Shown: piece by piece, positions 60,803 through 64,000 of the stretch
Numbering within the stretch: the stretch's first letter is position 1
How the letters are laid out: each line of letters starts with the position of its first letter
Origin: Spirochaetota bacterium
GTDB lineage: Bacteria > Spirochaetota > UBA6919 > CBDBPB01
Reading direction: 5' to 3'
DNA length: 64,000 nucleotides
Assembly: GCA_965208615.1 (NCBI GenBank)
Contig: CBDBPB010000004.1
Span: 1 to 64,000 of the forward strand
The notes under the pieces: model-generated
Database searches by the model: none
Told to the model about the DNA's origin: nothing
The model's input: the letters and a program-made list of their open reading frames with translations, nothing else
Program-made: the position numbers and the translations under genes

Positions 60803-61723
60803 TTAGTGATTTCTACTCCTTAAAAGTACTTTTATTACAGAATAAAAGTACCTGTTTGTTGGAACAGCTATATTAAGCTTTTCAGCTCTATTTATAATAT
60901 CACCCAATATACCGTCTACTTCAAGGGGTTTATTTGCCATATAGTCTTGCAACATAGACGTCTTAAAAGAGTAGAGGTTTTTAGGTAAGTTAATTTGCTT
61001 ATCTATGAAGTCTTTATTAAAGTCAAATCCGTATTTATTAGCTATACTCACCGTCTCAGTCATGGATGACCTTAAAAGCTCTATACCATATTCACTTGAT
61101 AGTATATCCCCCAAATTTAGCTGAGTTATTGTAGACAAAGGATTATAAGCCGCATTCCAAACCAACTTGCCCCACTTAACCCTCATAATATTCTCCGATA
61201 AATGAACGTCTATTTGTGATGACCTTAAAATATTATTAACCTTGTTTAGAAAGTCCTTTGAACCACTTTTATTAAAAGCTCCAAAGTTAAACCTTCCACC
61301 ACCTGTATGCTTAACTATATTAGCCTTTTGTTTTACTAACCCTACAAAAGCACTCACCGGATATAAACTCCTAGAAGTTATCCTATTCAAAATAATGTCT
61401 TCACTCAATACTCCATTTTGCATAGTCATAAAACAAGCAGAATTATATAAAGACTGAGGCAAACTATCTAATAAGCTAAGTACATCATAGTTTTTTGTAG
61501 CTATCATTACCAAATCAAATTTAGCATTAAGATCTATTTTATCAATTATATTTACGGATATATTAAATGACTCCTCTATATCACTATCTATTTTTATTCC
61601 TTTACTTTTAATTATATTATAAGTCTCACCCTTACTCAAAAACGTTATATCATTACCACTACGAGCAATCTTAGCACCAAAAAAACATCCTATTGCACCT
61701 GTTCCTATTAGTAATATTTTCAT
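60803..61723 (-). CDS. panE: Ketopantoate reductase
   Basis: GTGAIG, MQNG, WGKLVWN, SMLQD, PLEVD. Confidence 0.92.
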   Translation of the reverse strand: MKILLIGTGAIGCFFGAKIARSGNDITFLSKGETYNIIKSKGIKIDSDIEESFNISVNIIDKIDLNAKFDLVMIATKNYDVLSLLDSLPQSLYNSACFMTMQNGVLSEDIILNRITSRSLYPVSAFVGLVKQKANIVKHTGGGRFNFGAFNKSGSKDFLNKVNNILRSSQIDVHLSENIMRVKWGKLVWNAAYNPLSTITQLNLGDILSSEYGIELLRSSMTETVSIANKYGFDFNKDFIDKQINLPKNLYSFKTSMLQDYMANKPLEVDGILGDIINRAEKLNIAVPTNRYFYSVIKVLLRSRNH

Positions 61724-62226
61724 TTTATTTCCCTAATCAAAGTATTAGCCATTACCCCTATTCCCTCTATCCTGCCAATAAAGCCTAAGCCCTCTGTAGT
61801 AGTAGCTTTAACACTAATAGAATTAAAAGGAATATTTAAATTATGGGATATATTATACCTCATATCATTAATATAGGGCAATAACTTAGGCTTTTCGCAT
61901 ATAATTGTACTATCTATATTTACTATATCATATTTTAAACCTTTAACTTTATCATAAACCTGACTAAGTAGACTAAGACTATCCATACCCTTATATCTAA
62001 TATCAGAATCCGGAAAGAATTTACCTATATCACCAAGAGCAAGACATCCCAAAAGACTATCCGCTATTGCATGACAAAGTACATCAGCATCAGAATGACC
62101 ATCCAAACCAAAACTATATGGTATTTCCACTCCACCTAGTATAAGCTTTCTGTTTAGCACAAAGGGGTGAACGTCAAATCCGTTACCTATGCGTATTATA
62201 CCCGTATAAGTATTACTTTTTAACAT
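61720..62226 (-). CDS. ispF: MECDP synthase
   Basis: RIGNGFDVH, GHSDADV, GDIG, VKATTTEGLG. Confidence 0.97.
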   Translation of the reverse strand: MLKSNTYTGIIRIGNGFDVHPFVLNRKLILGGVEIPYSFGLDGHSDADVLCHAIADSLLGCLALGDIGKFFPDSDIRYKGMDSLSLLSQVYDKVKGLKYDIVNIDSTIICEKPKLLPYINDMRYNISHNLNIPFNSISVKATTTEGLGFIGRIEGIGVMANTLIREIK

Positions 62227-62478
62227 AATTTATAGTCATCAAGTATTAAAGTTGCTTAACGCATTATTTCTTACTTTTGAACAATGGTATAAAGTAAAAT
62301 TAACATATTAAAATAAAAATACTATTGGTTATCCAGAAAAAAATTACTATTTTCCTAATATAGCCAATTAAAAATAATTCTTTTGGATAACTTAATTAGC
62401 TATAATAATATAAGATGAAGGAATTAAAATTGCTTAAAGCATTTATTATAAAACTAGCTGTTATTGGCATACAAAGTT

Positions 62479-64000
62479 ATGAATAAGAAATATATCTCTA
62501 TTCATTGTCATTTTTATCAACCTCCTAGGGTTAATCCATGGCTTGATCACATTGAGGTTCAAGATTTAGCCTCCCCCTTCCATGATTGGAATGAAAGAAT
62601 AAATACTGAGTGCTATGGACCAAATAGTGCCTCTAGAATTATAAATCCTGATAAAAAAATTGTGGATATAATTAATAATTATAGCATGATAAGCTTTAAT
62701 TTTGGCCCTACTCTTTTATCGTGGTTAGAAAAATATGATAAAATAACCTATAACAATATACTAGAGGCTGATAGGGTTAGCGTTGAAAAACACTCCGGAC
62801 ACGGTAATGCTATTGCACAAGCCTATAATCATATAATACTGCCCCTTGCTGAATATAATGATAAGGTTACACAGGTATTATGGGGTATAGAAGACTTCAA
62901 ATACAGATTCAAACGTGAACCAGAAGGAATGTGGCTACCCGAAACCGCCGCTAACTCCGAAACCTTAGAAGTTCTTGCACAACATAATATAAAGTTTACG
63001 ATTCTATCCCCTTTTCAGGCAAAGAAAGTTAGGAATATAGAGGGGGATGAAAACTGGTATGATATACATAATGGTCAAATTGACCCCTCGCAAGGGTATA
63101 TCTATAAACTGAAAAATGGACGTACTATTACTTTATTTTTTTATGATGCTCCAATATCACAAGCAGTAGCTTTTGAGGGCTTATTATCTGACGGCTTAAA
63201 GTTTGCAAATAGACTGTTATCTGGCTATTCCAGTGAAAGACAAAAAGATCAGCTACTCAATATAGCAACAGACGGTGAGACTTATGGACATCACTTTAAG
63301 TTTGGAGAAATGGCTCTAACTTATGCGGTTAGAGACTTGGTTAATAATCATAATGTACTCCTTACAAACTATGGAGAGTTTTTATCCCTTAATCCCCCAG
63401 AACATGAGGTTATTATACACGAAAATACCTCATGGAGCTGTTTTCATGGTGTTGGCAGGTGGAATAGTAATTGTGGTTGTAAAGTTGGTAATAACCCCGG
63501 CTGGGATCAACATTGGAGAAAGTATTTAAGAATTAGCCTTAATAAGCTTAATGACCAACTAAACAACATCTTCGAAAAAGAAGCATCTAAATACCTTAAA
63601 GAACCATGGATAGCAAGAAATAGTTATATCTCTTGTATATTAGATAAAAAAACCATTGATCAGTTTTTTAATGATAATCAAAAAAATGAATTATCAAAAA
63701 GTAATAAAGTAGACCTTTTAAGACTAATGGAACTACAACATCAGGCAATGCTCATGTTTACCAGCTGTGGATGGTTCTTTGATGATATCTCTGGTATTGA
63801 GACAATTCAGATCCTAAGGCATGCGGCTAGAGCAATACAACTTGCCAGTCAGGTGGGGTATACCATAGAAAAAGACTTTATTAAAAGTCTTACCCTTGCA
63901 AAAAGTAATATTGCTAAAGAAAAAAATGCAAAAAAAATATATTATAACTTTGTAATCCCTTATAAAGTAGACCTTAAAAGGGTTATATCTCACTATGCCA
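62479..64000 (+). CDS. GH57/DUF3536 glycoside hydrolase, 3' end beyond the window (absent from the ORF track)
   Basis: Manual translation: MNKKYISIHCHFYQPPRVNPW, SFNFGPTLLSW, GHGNAIAQAYNH, GMWLPETA, ATDGETYGHH, MFTSCGWFFDD. Confidence 0.9.
   Translation, partial: MNKKYISIHCHFYQPPRVNPWLDHIEVQDLASPFHDWNERINTECYGPNSASRIINPDKKIVDIINNYSMISFNFGPTLLSWLEKYDKITYNNILEADRVSVEKHSGHGNAIAQAYNHIILPLAEYNDKVTQVLWGIEDFKYRFKREPEGMWLPETAANSETLEVLAQHNIKFTILSPFQAKKVRNIEGDENWYDIHNGQIDPSQGYIYKLKNGRTITLFFYDAPISQAVAFEGLLSDGLKFANRLLSGYSSERQKDQLLNIATDGETYGHHFKFGEMALTYAVRDLVNNHNVLLTNYGEFLSLNPPEHEVIIHENTSWSCFHGVGRWNSNCGCKVGNNPGWDQHWRKYLRISLNKLNDQLNNIFEKEASKYLKEPWIARNSYISCILDKKTIDQFFNDNQKNELSKSNKVDLLRLMELQHQAMLMFTSCGWFFDDISGIETIQILRHAARAIQLASQVGYTIEKDFIKSLTLAKSNIAKEKNAKKIYYNFVIPYKVDLKRVISHYA

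Noticed and set aside
63323-63529. 68-aa ORF in the track
   Set aside because: Out-of-frame inside the GH57 gene

Overview
AT-rich bacterial DNA from a spirochaete. The evidence is FlbB, FlgV, a spirochaete-type FliF/FliH/FlgE, a SpiroCoCo-type coiled-coil protein and lepB-hemW linkage; the Ser-type FlgE crosslink site points to a Leptospira-like or deep-branching lineage. The window holds guaB-guaA, dxr-rseP-M20-dedA-asnS and an orphan DNA methyltransferase. A contiguous ~28 kb flagellar cluster follows (flgB to fliA-fapA-swrB-like) that lacks fliG. After it come an atypical Hsp70 paired with a J-domain/HEAT protein, tsaC, hemW-lepB, a degenerate P-II-like gene, a long coiled-coil gene split by a frameshift in an A8 run, eda, dgt, two surface proteins (one with a Lys/Pro tandem repeat), pyrR-pyrB-pyrC, a FecR protein, panE, ispF and a truncated GH57 gene missing from the ORF track. 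I found no rRNA, tRNA, CRISPR array or mobile element. I cannot demonstrate a new system from sequence alone. The best leads are the A8-frameshifted coiled-coil gene and its divergent pseudo-P-II neighbour, the Hsp70/J-HEAT pair, and a possible sigma-28 regulon reaching non-flagellar genes. All family calls come from motif recognition, not database searches.
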